IMG/VR virus record: IMGVR_UViG_3300032236_001351
Coordinates: 1 to 55,528 of that record
Reading direction: 5' to 3' (one strand)
DNA from: a virus
Lineage: Duplodnaviria; Caudoviricetes
DNA: 55,528 nucleotides
Positions 55,344 to 55,528 of the stretch are shown here, in pieces; the stretch's first letter is position 1; each line of letters starts with the position of its first letter. A program made the translations under genes and the position numbers. The notes below the pieces were generated by a model that saw nothing but the letters and a program-made list of their open reading frames with translations, had not been told where the DNA came from and made no database searches.

Positions 55344-55362
55344 CTAAAAATCTCATAAAAAG

Positions 55363-55390
55363 AAAAGCCAGCTTAATTGCTGGCTTTTTT
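55363..55390 (+). terminator. intrinsic terminator
   Basis: AAAAGCCAGC-TTAATT-GCTGGCTTTTTT. Confidence 0.88.
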
Positions 55391-55461
55391 GTCCAGTAAC
55401 AACCCCTAGACATCCCAACAATAACTGAACCATATCATTTACTCAGGTACGCAACAACCCC

Positions 55462-55490
55462 TTGACAAACACCCCAATATAACATATAAT
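55462..55490 (+). promoter_or_regulatory. consensus sigma70 promoter
   Basis: TTGACA-N17-TATAAT, perfect match. Confidence 0.85.
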
Positions 55491-55528
55491 AACAAAACAC
55501 TGGATCTATACAGCAAACTTGTTACTCC

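Noticed and set aside
1-55528. Stop-codon reassignment
   Set aside because: Core genes are full length in the standard code, and TAA, TGA and TAG all end genes at the expected positions

Overview
AT-rich segment of a large T4-like (Tevenvirinae/Kyanoviridae-type gene set) dsDNA phage genome, read with the standard genetic code. Left edge, 1-5496 on the minus strand: a tightly coupled 7-gene operon that looks like a DNA base-hypermodification pathway. It encodes a TET/JBP-family 2OG-Fe(II) dioxygenase, class II glutamine amidotransferase, TET-associated-type glycosyltransferase, amidoligase, LMW phosphatase, amino acid:DNA transferase (aGPT-Pplase2) and a P-loop kinase, and runs off the window. 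Three of these enzymes end in a motif resembling the sliding-clamp-binding tail of this phage's own DNA polymerase. The rest is on the plus strand: the T4 core (gp3, uvsY, uvsW, gp55, gp47/46, ligase, gp45/44/62, regA, gp43, uvsX, gp41, gp61, nrdAB, rnh), two free-standing homing endonuclease genes and auxiliary genes (def, speD-like, thyX, two deaminases). There is also a ~9 kb glycosyltransferase / GDP-sugar island with a likely GDP-colitose route, and a late block of virion/internal head proteins. A 900-bp intergenic region between uvsW and gp55 has a leftward promoter (repeated 52/55 identical before the primase gene), an 11-bp long-range inverted repeat, several hairpins and a G-tract; it is a candidate structured RNA and/or replication origin. 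No tRNA or CRISPR array was recognised. All family calls come from motif recognition by eye; no searches were run.
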